Source: Eledone cirrhosa (lineage: Eukaryota). From it: a DNA stretch of 64,000 nucleotides. A program made the translations under genes and the position numbers. Below, piece after piece: positions 14,501 through 29,500 of the stretch. The notes under the pieces were generated by a model. That model saw only the letters and a list, made by a program, of their open reading frames with translations, was not told the DNA's origin and ran no database searches. How positions within the stretch are numbered: the stretch's first letter is position 1; every line of letters begins with the position of its first letter. The stretch is taken from assembly GCA_964016885.1 (NCBI GenBank), contig OZ024758.1, forward strand, positions 5,952,001 through 6,016,000, in the 5' to 3' direction.

Positions 14501-17500
14501 CACTCAACCAGAAATGTCCCTCTAGTCTAGTGGTTCTTAACCTGGGGTTTGGTACCTGCAAGGGGCATGAGATGCAGTTCTAGCTGATAATTTGACCTGG
14601 AAATTCAAGTTCTTTTGTCTTATGTGCTAAGCCTAGGTGAGCAGGATGGAATTTTAAAATGTCGAGGAGGTGCTGCAATAGAAAAAGGTTAAAAACCACT
14701 GCTCTAGTCTATTAGGAAATGTTTTATTAATCTATTCAAATAAAGTTGTATTACATCTAATGTATAAGATAGATGGTCACCACATATTTAATCATTTGCA
14801 TATTGGTGACAGAATCACTCAACCAGAAATTTACCTCTAATCTATAAGGAAATGTTTTATTTAAATAAACTTGTATTACATCTAATGTCTTCCTTTTGCT
14901 CATGGATATCCAGCTGTAGAAACCAAGCCAAAATCAGTTCTGTATGAGCAAAACCCGGTCATCTGATCTGGCTTGTCTCACAACTCGTCTAACCAATGCT
15001 AGTGAGGAAAAATGGACATTAGATGACAATGATGATGATGATGATCAACATTTGTATATTGGTGACAAAATCACTCAACCAGAAATTTACCTCTAATCTA
15101 TGAGGAAATGTTTTATTAGTCTATTCAAATAAAGTTGTATTATATGTAATGTCTTCCTTTTGCTAATCATTCAGCTGCGATGGGGCAAGCAATACTTGTT
15201 TCTATTAAAGCAATCAGTGAAAAATAAACTAATAAGAGCACAGCATAGACTGCAGTTAATTTAAACATACGAGAATGTGGCCAGTGCTATGAATCATGTG
15301 GCTTAGTGGTTAAATAATTGGAGTCGCAATCATGAGGTTGTGAGTTTGATTCCCGGACCAGGCGATGTGTTATGTCCTTGAGCAAGACACTTTATTTCAC
15401 GTTGCTCCTTCTGCCAGGAGTTTCGACCGGTAGATAGTATCAGAAATGGAAAGACCAATAAAAACATTATTTCCTCGGTCCAATTTGATGAGGTCCACCC
15501 CACTTGGTAAGCGGATGAGGTCTGGGAACTTGTCAATCAATTTCTATTACTATGAGTCCTATGCGAGCAAGACAATCACTCTTGCCTCAAGTGGGAAAAC
15601 CCCCGTCCAAACCCATGCAAGCGTGGAACACGGACGTTAAACGTTGATGATGATGATGATAATGAATCAATAACAAAGAGAGAAAAAACATACTAGGCAT
15701 TTACAAATCAATTAAAATATTAAGACAAAGTATCACAAAATAGTTTATGAAAATGACTTGGATAATGCTGGATATTTCTGTAAAGAATACACCACAATAT
15801 AAAGAATAAAAATGACTATAATACCTTATTGTGAGAGTCTATTCTAGCATTAATTTGTCCATCCAATATGAGCTGCATTAATTCATCTTCCAGATCTTTC
15901 ACATTTGTATTAAAAGCATCAGCCATTTTATGCATTTCAGCAGATAAATAAGGACTAAAATACTGAAAAAGAAAATAATTATTTTTAAGAAAATAAAACC
16001 CCATAAAATTTTACATTTCTAAAAATGTAAAACTGAAAAAAAAGTAATGCTATACAGCATATACTCGAATATAAGCCAACCCGAACAATTTTATATCTGA
16101 GAAATGGGCAAACATCCAAACCTTATTTACATAGAATTTGAAGTAGGTGTAAATTGTCAAAATATTGACTCCTGAATATAAGTCTGCACCACACCCAATT
16201 CACTGCCATAATAATTGTTTCTACTTTCAGCACAAGGCCAACAATTATCCCACTGCATTGCTGGTACTTTATTTTATTGACCCCGTAAGGATGAAAGGCA
16301 AAGTTAACCTCGGCGGGATTTGAACTCAGACCGTAAAGGACTGTAACTCAATGCAGCAAAGCATGGTATCCGACTCTCTACCGATACTGCCAATCATTAG
16401 ACCTGCACCATGGTATTTTTCCCTGCAGGATCAGTAAATATTAGTCACAGAAAGTATCAGCCAATGAACTTTCCAGCTGACCCTCATATGTGCTTTACTC
16501 AAGAGCACATCAAAATGGCTGTTGTAAGGTGTACAATCTTTACAATCTAGTTAACCAGTCAGTAATTTAATCCCATAACAATTGGACATTTCTAATTAAG
16601 TTAGTAATTGTTTGGATAAAGAATATTGATTTCTTATTTCAGCACAAGGCCAGAATTTCTGCCAATATGTATGAACCTGTAGCCCCTGATGGAGTTGTAG
16701 GTGTGCCATATTGATAAACAGTGTTACTTGGAGCATGTTTTTAAACCTGGCAGAGCCCAACTCCTTTTCAGGTCTGAATATAGCAGATTTTTTCCAGAGA
16801 AGGATACAGGGAAGAGAAAGGAAGCGAAAAAGAGATATAGAGGAAGAATCAACCCCAGTATTAGCCTGGTACTTTTTTTTTATCGACCTTGAAAGGATGA
16901 AAGGCAAAGTTGACCTTGGCAGGATTTGAACTCAGAGTGCAGAAAGTCGAAACGAATACCACAAAGTATTATACTTGAGGTTCTAACGACTCTGCCAATA
17001 AATCCCAGATTGAAACCACAACCTAAACATTGTAGCATGTTCACTATTTCAGACAACCACAGACACTCTAACTTAGGTAAGAAATATTAGATTGTATAAA
17101 AGTCTAGCTAATACTTTATTATAGGAGTAAAACAACAAAAAATATTGTGATGCAATAAATAAAAATATAGTTACCTGGCATAATGCTCTGTTCCGGATTT
17201 GAACGTAGAGGGCTTTCACATGAGGAGCTAAATACATATCCAATAACAATGTGTTCTAAAAATCAATAGAAGAAAAAAAAAAAAAAAAAAAAAAAAAAAT
17301 CAATATTAAATCAAATAAAAATAAAAATTGCTACAATATAAGATGATAGTGCTGGTGACATGACAGAAGACCCCACAGTCCACCTTGTATAGAAGTCGTG
17401 CTATGACATAACAGGAGACCCTCAGTCCACCCTGTATAGAGGTTGTGCTGGTGACATGACAAAAAGCACCCAGTCCAACCTGCAAGGTGGTCGTGCTGGT

Positions 17501-20500
17501 GACACGACAAAAAGCACCCAGTCTACTCTGTATGGTGGTTGTGCTGGTGACATAACAAAAGACATCCAGTCCACACTGTTAGATGGTCACTTTGGTACCA
17601 TAATATACAGTACCCAGTCCATATTGTAATGTGGTTGGTGCTAGAAAGAGCATCCAGCCATAAAAACCAAAGATGTTGGTTACCTGACCTGACTTGTCTC
17701 ACAACCTGACAACTCGCCTAACCTATGTAAGCGTAGAAGATGGATGCTAAATGATGATGATGATGATTATGATGCAATCTACATGTAGCAAATCTCTCAT
17801 ATATACATATAAAAGAAAGTTATGAATTAATATTAACAAATTATGGATTAATTTTGCCTCACTAAATTATTTCTGGTGTGGCAAGCAGCATATATAGTCA
17901 TTAGAAAAAGCAAAATGAATGCTTCACCTTCAAAAGAAGAACTCAAGAAGAAATTATTGCATATTCTTTTTTTACTACAAATATAAATATTTTCACAAGA
18001 ACTCTTAGTAAAGCTGATCACTTAATTATACAGTCTTAATTAACTGATCTGTGAAAAGAAGAGCCATCATCATCATCAGGTACCTTGTTACCCACCAATT
18101 GTGGAAAACAATGTCAGGGTGTGAGCATTCAAGTCTTAGGCCAGCTATCAAACACTTTAAACATTCGGCATTTGAATTCTTCCTAAGCTATTTGAGATAT
18201 TTGTATGCACATGATGATGATTGTGACGAAGCATCTACCATATATGCTCAAATATAAGACTAAGCCAATCAGAATATAAGTTGACCACCCCCTATTTTAT
18301 GTAAGAGAAATAGGCAAATATCCAAACTCCATTTATAAGTTGGTAAAAATTGTCAAAATATTAAGCCCTGAATATAACCCCATCCACCCCATTTTTACCA
18401 TATATTGTTTTGGTCACATATTCCTCTGCTTATATTCATGTATAGACGGTAAATATAATTGACAAACATAAAAGCTCAGGAAATAATAATTAATAATAGT
18501 ACTTACTTTAATCTCATCTAGCAGTTTAAGGCAGGAATCATATTTTGATTGGTAAAACATATGTAAAATATCACGTAGTTGAGAATCAGATTCCAAGAAT
18601 AACTTAAAAGAACTGCAATGGAAACAAGTATTAAAAATGTTTAATACTTTAGCATTTACATTACTCTCTCTTTACTATTGTATTTTCATGGTAAACACTT
18701 TACCTCACATAACATTTACATTACTCTCTCTTTACTATTGTATTTTCATGGTAAACACTTTATCTCACATAAAATGTACATTACTCTATATATATACTAT
18801 TGTCTTTTCACAGTAAACATTTTATCTCACATAAAATAGAATCTATGAGATTTTGATATTATCTATTTTGAGAACAATACCTTAACAGAAGTATGAGCAG
18901 CTGGTTACGGCCGGTTTGAACAGAAAGAGGTGAGAGAATTCTGGCCGGATATGGCCAGTTTAAATGCTAAAGGGTTAATACTGGTAACATACAATTGACA
19001 CAAAACGGTAAACTTTATAATCAATATTACTAAGGGCAGTGGATTGGCAGTATCAGTATAACGTCAGACATCATGCCATATAGCATAAAGTTTTATCCCT
19101 TTACGTTCTGATTACAAATCTCACCAAGCTTAGCTTTGCCTTTCATCCTTACGGGGTCAATAAAATAAAGTACCAGTAGTGCACTGGGGTTGATTTAATC
19201 GACTTTCCCCCTACCCTTCAAATTGCTGGCCTTGTGCCTAAAGTAGAAACAATTATTAAGGGTTGTAGAAGGCAGTGGATTGGCTGTGTTCAAATCCTGC
19301 CAAGCTAAGCTTTGCCCGTCATCCTTTCGCCCTGGGGTCAATTTAATGAATTTCCCCTCCCCTAAAATTGTTAGCCATGTGCCTAAATCAGAAACCAATA
19401 TTACTGAGTAGAGATCAGTATTACAGTATTGATGAGAAACTGTATAAACAACATTGATTAGGTTAGATATCTTTAGATCGATTAGAATGGTCTGTTATAA
19501 AGATGTTTCTTTATACATAAGGAAACTAATTTAATGAGGAAGATGAGTTTTTTAAATATCAGACTGTACATAAGTGAGACACAGATCCCTGGCCTGTCTG
19601 GGAGATCAGTGGCTTCACTTCACTACTGACTTGTACTATGTAGACAGCAGATACTTTCCAGAGAAGGATAGAGGGTGGGAGAATAAGAGTGAAAGGGATA
19701 TAGGAGAACCGATTCCAATACTTCACTGGTACTTCTTTTGTTGACCTTGAATGGATGAAAGACAAAGTTTAGCTCGGTGGCTTTTAAACTCAGAAAGCAG
19801 AGAGCCAAAATAAATACCATAAAGCAATTTATCCAAGGTTCTAATGACTGCCAATTTGCTGCTAATTGATGTCAAAGGTTGGATAGATATGGGTTCTGAA
19901 ATCTATGTCTTTCCCCAAGAGGCATTAGGGAGTAAGTGACAAGTTCTAGACTCATATATACCACGAACGGCTCTTGCCATACCCACTTTAGCAAAATTAA
20001 GCTATGATAAAAAAATAAAAAAAATTATTAACAGTCTATGTAATATTTACCTGCTGGATATAACATTTTTTTGAAGTTCTTGTCGATCAAAAGAAGCCAA
20101 AGCACATAAAGCGCCATAAGTTGCGACATTGCTTGAGGATAACAGCTTGAAAAATATAAAACATATACCAAATTATAATGAACATTTAGAGAAATAATTC
20201 AGGGAAGAGACATAACTCATGATAAAGAGGAATAACTCATAACTCCATTAGTGAAATAAAATTAATAGGCTGTATAGCATTTTGTTAACTGAATGTGATA
20301 TTGATTCTTCTTCTTTGCCCACTTATTCATGGGAGGGTCGTGGGGGCAGTGTCCTCAAAGAAGCCTTTCAGCAGGTCCTGTCAGAAGCGACCATCTCCAA
20401 TTGATCCAGCAGGATCCCTAAGCGAGACCAGCCAAACCCATGGATGTAATCCAATGACCTTGCCTGGAGTCTTCTGCTGGTTGGTTGTGTCTATAAAATC

Positions 20501-23500
20501 TGTCTAGTGATTCTTTCCTGAGACATTCTATAATATTAGAGCTGTGATCTCTCAATTCAGAGAAGTAGTAGCTCTACCTTCATAAAGCCCCACATGAATA
20601 TTACTCCCCTCCTCTAGGCCATAATACGAATTTATGAACCTTTGTCAATTGGAACTCCTGTATGCTGATCATCTCGCCCTAATAACAAAGTCTGTAGATT
20701 TAGATAAGTTCCAGTCTTGAAAGCAAAACTTGCAATCAAAAGACCTCACAACAAACCTAGCAAAGACTTAAATTTTAGTAAACAGTAAAGTGGACAGGAC
20801 TTTGCCACCATCAGGAGAACAGGAAAGTGGGCAGGATTTTGCTACCATCAGGAGAACAGGACTCTGCTGTCATCAGAACAGGAAAGCAGACAAGACTGCT
20901 ACCATCAGAATAGTCATGCTCAATATGAAGAAATGGTTTAGGTAGAAACTCTATATGATATATCCAGTATGTACAAAGAATGCGGAAGGTGTTGTGGGAT
21001 CAAGGGTAGGTTGACAGAAAAGGTAAACTTTGTGATAGGTCCATAGGTGTAGGTAACAAAAATGTTATTCATGAAATAAACACCCTTGATTGCTCAGAAG
21101 GATCACTATAAGCTTTTGCTATCTAGATGACCACATTAGCAGCGGGAGGTGGATATAGCAAAAACATTGTAACCAGGGTGGTCTTTTAAGTTAAAATATG
21201 GTTGTCTAGGTAATTAGGGGTCTCAGTTCTATCATGGAAAACAAGTTTACTTGATGTTAGCGGGAAGGACGACAAGTATGATTTCATGGGTGTATGACAA
21301 GTGTAGTGGGATGTAAGAGAGGAGAGGAAAGAGGTATCTCTGATTGGGGGGGGGGGGGGGGACGACCATGACATACAGTAATGATGAAAACAGTTACTAA
21401 AAAGCTATGACTGATGTAGAGGGATTTAACAGGGCATTGTGATGGAGAAAACAGATGGATGTGTTTCTGTGTAGATGAGGAAAGAGATGCAGGGTTGATT
21501 AAAATACAAAGCAATGATGGAAAAGGTATCATAAGTGAATCAAGTCCTATTCACATGTGTGTGTGTGTGCTATATTATGTTTTCATTTTTAATATTACAG
21601 AAATTAAATGAATAGCTGCAGATGGTAATTAAAATTTAAAAAAGATTTCTTTAAAGAAACAGGATTACACAATTACAATATATTTAGGTATGTATTAATA
21701 AAGACAATTACCTCGGGATATTTAAAATTATCAAAAGAAGCTTGTAAGAAGTTTTTAGCAGCAGATTTGTATTTGCCTGTCGCTAAGTCAGCAAGGCCAG
21801 CTGCACATTTCAATTTTGTCTGTACAACTGGATCCACCTCCTTCTGAAAAAAATGTCAGCAAACAATAGCATCTCTTCTTGAAACAAACAAACAAAATAT
21901 ATATATAAAACATAACAAGAGATATGTTATTCACATGCCTAGAAGAGAATATGATGCCTTGATATTACGATAAGTCAAACAATCGATAAGTCAAACAATC
22001 GGTAAGTCAAACAATCGAAAGAGTTATCTCCCATATATAGCTCGATGGAAGTTTAGGTTGTTAAAATCTAAATATACGGCGCCTAGCCATAATGTTTTTT
22101 GTAAAGCCTAAACAAGCAGAATCAAGTTAATGTAGAATAAAGTCATATCATGGAATATGATTATGGATCGGACTATAAGGAATTTGCCCAATCCACAGAC
22201 ATTAATCCGAAGACTCCAAACAATAATTTTAGAGAGTATATAGAAAGGAAAACAAGAAGCATTACCCTAAAGTTGTAGATGAAATGTGTGGTTATTTGCA
22301 CGAGGTAATAAATACCTTTGAAAAATAAGTATTTTACCTGGCTGCTAAGCTAATGACAATTTATTAATTAAGTTCACATTGTTGGCATTATAGGTAATTT
22401 GTTGGTATATTTTCTATTAAATCACTCTTCTCACTTTCAAGTGGCAAAGAATCATTTTGAAATCATTAATCTCACTTGGAAGTGGTATGGTCTCACTTTG
22501 ACTTAAATCAGAACTACAAATACTTAGTAAATAAAGTAGTGTAGTTAATACAAAGCATTGTGAGATATGCAATACAAGACCAATAATTTTCAAAAAGCTG
22601 GTATAATATAGCAGGAAAATACGAAGGGGAAATGATGACAAATGGAACAATACAAAGAAAAGAGGGCACTAGCCCTGAAATATGTTGAAATACACTGGGT
22701 AAACTATTACTTTGTTTTGCTTCATGTGTCATCATTTGCTCATTGTATCTTTCCACTGCACAGTACTGGCTTTTTGAATATTATCAGTCTTTTAATACTT
22801 AGAAGTTTTCCTCACTAGTTTTGAATATTGAGCAAACTATAGTGAAACAAGCATTAAGTTTGATTTTTGTTTCATTTTTTTTTCCTTTATCAGTTGGATT
22901 ACTTTCACTGAACACTAACAGTTACATTTAAATAAAAAAAACAAAATTAGAGTTTGCTTTTTTTTTCGCTCTAACATAGTGGATATCTAAATGCATTCAT
23001 GAGTTTTATGTCGAGAACTCTGTCACTCCTAGAACAAAAGGATGACGATAGTCATCTAAAAAAACATCACAATGAGGCTGTTTGCTTGCAAACAAATCAA
23101 ATATTATTATTTGATATAAAACTCATGAATACATTTAAATAAACTTTATATTTTTAAACAAAAAGAATTGGAAGAATTAGAATGCAGCAGCTCACATTTG
23201 AAATCAACATAGACAAAGCTTAAACTGCATTTCTTTAACATAGACAATAAAAACAAAAATCTGTCAAAAGTAAAAAAAGGCAACAGCTTTACCTCGGTAC
23301 GTCCAGTAGTGCTTTCTGCTTTCTGCACATAGCTGATGACATGGGACCAATTTTCTAAATAGACGCTAACCTGTGAAGAAATATAAACAGCATTATACAA
23401 AAGATTTATATCTAAAACAAACATTTTATCATATAGTATGCTAATGAGGATAGTAATTTTAATAATTATATATAGAACATAGCACCACCACCTTCCCAGA

Positions 23501-26500
23501 CAAAGTGTTGCGTATGCACACGCATGCATCAGCCCACAGCTTCCCGCCTCATAGCTGCATGCGCTGGTACATACATGTCCTCCGCTTTCCACCAGATCAC
23601 TCTACCAGGGCCTTACTCTCATTCGTTGCAGTGGCTGCAGGCTGGAAGAGGCTACACAGCAGGCCCGGCACCAGATGGCTGGATGTCATCAGGGAAGATC
23701 TCTGGAGGCTCGACATCACCTTGAAGGATGCAGAGGAGCTGGTACGGGACCACCAGCGATGGAGGGCGCTGGTGGACCTAGTCAGCTCTATGTATGGTGA
23801 TGCTTCTAGGATCACTGGCTTAGGATGACCCCGGCCTCATCGAGCAAGAGCAAGAAGAAGACATGGTATAAGCATAACTGTGTCATTAAGATGTTCCAAC
23901 CCACGCCTGTGTCGAAAGCAGAAGTATGACTATGATGATGATCATCATCATCTTAGTCATGGTAAGTAGGTAAGAACTATAGTGTGAAGACAATTTAAAT
24001 TGTAGATTCAATAAGATGTCAGGAGGTCTGACATAGCTGAAGAACTACAGATGTTATGTGTATATATGAGTAGTTAGCAATAAAAGTACTTATGAAATGT
24101 AATTTTTCCACTGGCCAGAAAGCTGACAATAAGTAGTAAATAACTTTGGTTACTTAGGTAAGCGAACCAGCAGGTGGGAGTCACAAAGGAATAGAAATAA
24201 GTACCTTAATAACATTGAGACACATGTTGACAACATGTTTTGGACTGGTACAATAATCTCGGGCTCTGGAATAACATTTTAGGGCATTACACAAATCGCC
24301 CATGTCAAGATAATGGTCTCCAAGGTCATCATTACCACGCCTAAAAGGTAAATACAAGGTAAAAATAAGTATGGTACTGATGAATAGAAACTTAGAAACA
24401 GAAATATTAAACATAATAAGCAACGAAATCAGTAAATATTTTAAATAATTATAGTTAAGATGGTTGTGCTGGTGATACAATGAAAAAGTACCCAGTCCAA
24501 CCTGTCAGTTGGTTGTTTTGGTGCCACCATAAAAAGCACCCAGTCCACTCTGTAAAGTGGTTAGTGTTAGGAAGGGCATCCAGCCATAGAAACCAAGCCC
24601 AAAACAGTTCTGTATGAGCAAGACATGGTCATCTGATTTGACTTGTCTCACATGACAACTTGTCTAACCCATGCTAGCATAGAAAATAGACGTTAAACAG
24701 TGATGACAACGACAGCTACCAAATGTATGTATGATGCTCAGCTGAAAAGTTCATAGGCTGACCATAAAGGAGTGATACTAGAGCTGTGAAATCTTGCATA
24801 CATTAATTTCAACTCATTTTATTAATAACTGCATTGTTTCTTTCCAGGGACTATGATGAAAAATAAACCTTATTTAGTCATTCCATGAGAATATCTTGGC
24901 CAGCCTATGAACTTTTCTGTCAACCCTTGTACATGGTCAGTACATACAATTTGTAATAAAATAGAGGATGATAAATGAAGAGAAAATTATCCACATTACA
25001 TCAGATTTTTTTAATAAGTTTTAGACTAATTATATAAAATATTAAATGACAACTCTAATTCCCAGAATTTTATTTTAACTACCAAAAGGCATCTTTCTCT
25101 TTCCCTGATCATAGCAAGCTGAAGGTTTCTAGAATATGTTTCATAACTTCAAAGACAAACATGAATGTCACTCTCATGCCTGGTAAATTTCCAAATACAT
25201 CAAAAATACAAAGCTTATCTTATCTTAAACCAAAAAACACACGAGGGTGAATTCCCAGACGTTTTACTCACCTATAAATTACATAAGTAAAAGTTATCAA
25301 ATATAGAATAGATGCCAAATGCATCAGTTCACATGACCAATGATTTTAACCCTTTAGCATTTACACTACTCCATATTTAGTGTTATATTTTCACGGTAAA
25401 GGCTTTACCTCACATAATTATCTCACAAAATATCGAATCTATGAGATTTTGAGAATAATACCATAACATAAGTATGAGCAGCCGATTACAGTTGGTTTGA
25501 AGAGAAAGAGGTGAGAGAATTCTGGCTGGATACGGCCAGTTTAAATTCCATGTGTATGTTTGTGTAAACGCATGTCTGTGAGCGTATATATTTTTTGTAA
25601 GTGCATCTGTGTTTGCGCGATATACTCATACATATAAATGTATGCATATGCACATACACACATACGTGTCAGCATGTTGAATAAAATCCTAGTATATATA
25701 TAATACATATTGTTATTTTTGTGGTTGCCAGTGTGTATTTTACTGGCAAACATAGCAATGGGTTTTTACTAGTTTTAAAATAAATGAGTTGTAGTGCACC
25801 TGAGCACTGTACACAATAATTTCATTGTCATTATTATTATATTGTCTGATTAATGTTTAAAATGTTCTCCCTTACCTTATACTTTCTTTAATTGAATTAC
25901 TTTTATAGTTTTTCAGATCAGTATCTAATTTCTCAAGCTTAAGCTGTGCTTTCTTTATAGTCAATTCAATCCACATATTATCTAAAGGTGGGACACTTGA
26001 TACAGCATCTGGTAATGTAGATGGTCTGAAAAGATAGATAGATAGATAGATCAGTTCATTTAATAAGTGTTCAAACAAAATTCTTGAATTCAAGACACTG
26101 CATCCTTCAAAACTTCCACCCTTCCCGAAATTCGCCAACACTACACCTGATATACACACAAGCATGTATCAGTGTGTATATCATGACTCATACACTGTTC
26201 ACTTTCCTGACATGTTTACATTATTCTATGTACTACACATGCACCTTTGATGAGTTGTAGTGCACCTGAGCACTGTACACAATAATTTCCATTACACTTT
26301 AACATTCATCTCTGCTCAATTTGAAAAATATTTACCTGCTTACTTGATTCTATATTTTTATTAGCTTCCTAATTTCAATCTTTGGATTGTGACTATGTTG
26401 AAGCAACACCTTCACAGGTTTAGTCCATTATATTGATACCAGAACTTTGATTGCCACTTATTGATCTCATAAGGGAAGAAAAGCAAGTGCACTTTGGCAT

Positions 26501-29500
26501 AAAGTGATATTGCTCCAATCAGTAAATTATATTATAAATGATTCTTCTGTTTTTTAACCATATCTCACTAATATATATATATATATTGTCCACACCATCA
26601 TTTTTTACAGGGTCACACACACACATAGTGGTAAGAAACTCTCGAGAGAGAGAGCTGGATAGCAGAAGGTCTTCAGAGAAGAAATTCCCATTAAGCAAGT
26701 GTTTCAACCTTTAATTCTTTAATTTCTATGTGTATATATATATAGATATATATGTGTGTGTGTGTGTATGTGTGTGTGCGTGCGTGAATTATATCCATAC
26801 TTCTAAAATGGATGTGGAATTCACAAATCTATCTCAACAGATAATATCAAACTTCAATACACAAAAAAGAAGCAAGCAAAAAATAGAAAAAAAACTATAA
26901 CAATCCTGCCTGAAATAAATTTTACTATCAAACTCAACAAATAATTATATTGAATAAATATAAAACTACAATTGATGTATGGTAAAGTTTGAAATACTCA
27001 CATATCTTGGAGACGTCGATGTATCTGTTGATAAAGGCTAGTATCATGTGTTGTTTGGACGTAAGATAATGCCATGCGAAGGGCTTCTACTTTTAATGAT
27101 GGACAGTAATCAGCAATGAATATAAGTCTGTTGAGGCGAGCAATTCCGTCATATTGCTTAGCATAAGAGTCGAGATCCTGAAAACAATCAACAAAGGCAT
27201 TTCTTAACACATGTTACACAGAAAACTGTTAAAGACAACACTAAATCTTAATTTGAGTGGCCGGTTACAGCCAGTTTGAGTGGCCGGTTACAGCCAGTTT
27301 GAGTGGCCGGTTACAGACAGTTTGAATGGCCGGTTACAGCCAGTTTGAGTGGCCGGTTACAGCCAGTTTGAGTGGCCGGTTACAGCCAGTTTGAGTGGCC
27401 GGTTACAGCCAGTTTGAGTGGCCGGTTACAGCCAGTTTGAGTGGCCGGTTACAGCCAGTTTGAGTGGCCGGTTACAGCCAGTTTGAGTGGCCGGTTACAG
27501 CCAGTTTGAGTGGCCGGTTACAGACAGTTTGAGTGGCCGGTTACAGCCAGTTTGAGTGGCCGGTTACAGCCAGTTTGAGTGGCCGGTTACAGACAGTTTG
27601 AATGGCCGGTTACAGACAGTTTGAGTGGCCGGTTACAGCCAGTTTGAGTGGCCGGTTACAGACAGTTTGAGTGGCCGGTTACAGCCAGTTTGAGTGGCCG
27701 GTTACAGACAGTTTGAGTGGCCGGTTACAGCCAGTTTGAGTGGCCGGTTACAGACAGTTTGAGTGGCCGGTTACAGCCAGTTTGAGTGGCCGGTTACAGC
27801 CAGTTTGAGTGGCCGGTTACAGCCAGTTTGAGTGGCCGGTTACAGACAGTTTGAGTGGCCGGTTACAGCCAGTTTGAGTGGCCGGTTACAGCCAGTTTGA
27901 GTGGCCGGTTACAGCCAGTTTGAGTGGCCGGTTACAGACAGTTTGAGTGGCCGGTTACAGCCAGTTTGAGTGGCCGGTTACAGCCAGTTTGAGTGGCCGG
28001 TTACAGCCAGTTTGAGTGGCCGGTTACAGCCAGTTTGAGTGGCCGGTTACAGCCAGTTTGAGTGGCCGGTTACAGCCAGTTTAGAACAGAAAGAAGTTAG
28101 AGAATTCTGGCCAGATATGGCCAGTTTAAACATTAAAGGGTTAAAAAGTAATGTCAGCCATATTACCAAAGTTGTGTTCTCTACAATAGTGTGGTCAGTC
28201 TTTACGTTCTCATTTTCTTCAGGTGAAGCATCTACTTGCATGGGTTCATCAAGAGATGGCTGAAAAAGAAAGGTCAAACAATAAGGGAAAGCAAACATAG
28301 GATGATGGTGATGGTGATGGTGGTGATGATGACGATGGTGGTAGTGATGATGGTTGTGGTAGTGGTGATGATGGTGGTTGTGGTATTGATGATGATGGTG
28401 GTGGTGGTGGTGCTGGTGATGATGATGGTGCTGGTAGTGATGATGATGATGGTGCTGGTAGTGAATGGTGGTGGTGGTGGTGGTGCTGGTGATGATGATG
28501 ATGATGATGATGACAATGGTGGTGGTGGTGGTGGTGATGATGGTGCAGGTGGTGATGATTATGATGTTAGTGGTGGAGATGGTGATTATGATGATGCTGC
28601 TGGTGGTGGTGGTGGTGGTGGTGATAGTAGTAGTGTTCATTTTGATTAAATTTCATCCTTCTCTAAAAGCACATCCACCTAGAAGCCCTTCTTTATCTTA
28701 ATATTTCCCTCTCAGCATTAACTAGAATATTTTAATACTTTTGCTACCAAGCTACCAGAAGTAGCACTTGCTTCTATGATACTAAGATGTTCAATTTTAA
28801 ATGTTTATATTGATCTAAAATCCTATCATCATAATTTCATGTAAGAACCTTTATTAAGAAATGAACTGTAAAGTGGTCGTGCTTGTGATACGATAAAAAG
28901 TGCCTAGTCAACACAATAAAAAGTGCCCAGTCCACACAGTAAAGTGTATGTGTTGATGATTCGATAAAAAGTGCCCAGCCCACACAGTAAAGTGTATGTG
29001 TTGATGATTCGATAAAAAGTGCCCAGCCCACACTGTAAAGTGGTTGTGTAGAAACCAGGCCAGAAATAGTTCTGTATAAGCAAGACAGTCACCTGACCTG
29101 ACTTGTCTCAAAAGAGACAACTCGTCTAACCCATGCTAGTGTGAAAAATGGACATTAAATGATGATGAACTGTATAAGTATAGATGACTTGTGGTCATTG
29201 TTACTCCAATTTCCTATCACTATAGATGTGTGAGTAGATGGTTTGGGCCTCAAATGTAATTATATTACTAAATAACTCCAAATTCTTGATTTAAAAAAAA
29301 ATTATTTGATAATCCTAGGCAGTGTCTTTCATTAGAAATACAGTTATTTCTAGTTATTTGAAAATTACCAGCACTAATTTTACTAAGCTATATAGACCCT
29401 GCAGTATATAAAAGGATCAAAGAGCTAGAGGCATTGCCATAAATGCTAAGACAAAGGACAGGGGCAAAGACAACTCGTGTATGCCTGGAAAAGTAGATAT

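Noticed and set aside
26331-26365. Possible extra CSN1 micro-exon between exons 3 and 4
   Set aside because: Weak acceptor, in-frame stop with the better donor, and exons 3 and 4 already join in phase.
28236-28701. His-, Gly- or Val/Met-rich ORFs
   Set aside because: Trinucleotide microsatellite; only 28167-28259 on the minus strand is a real exon.
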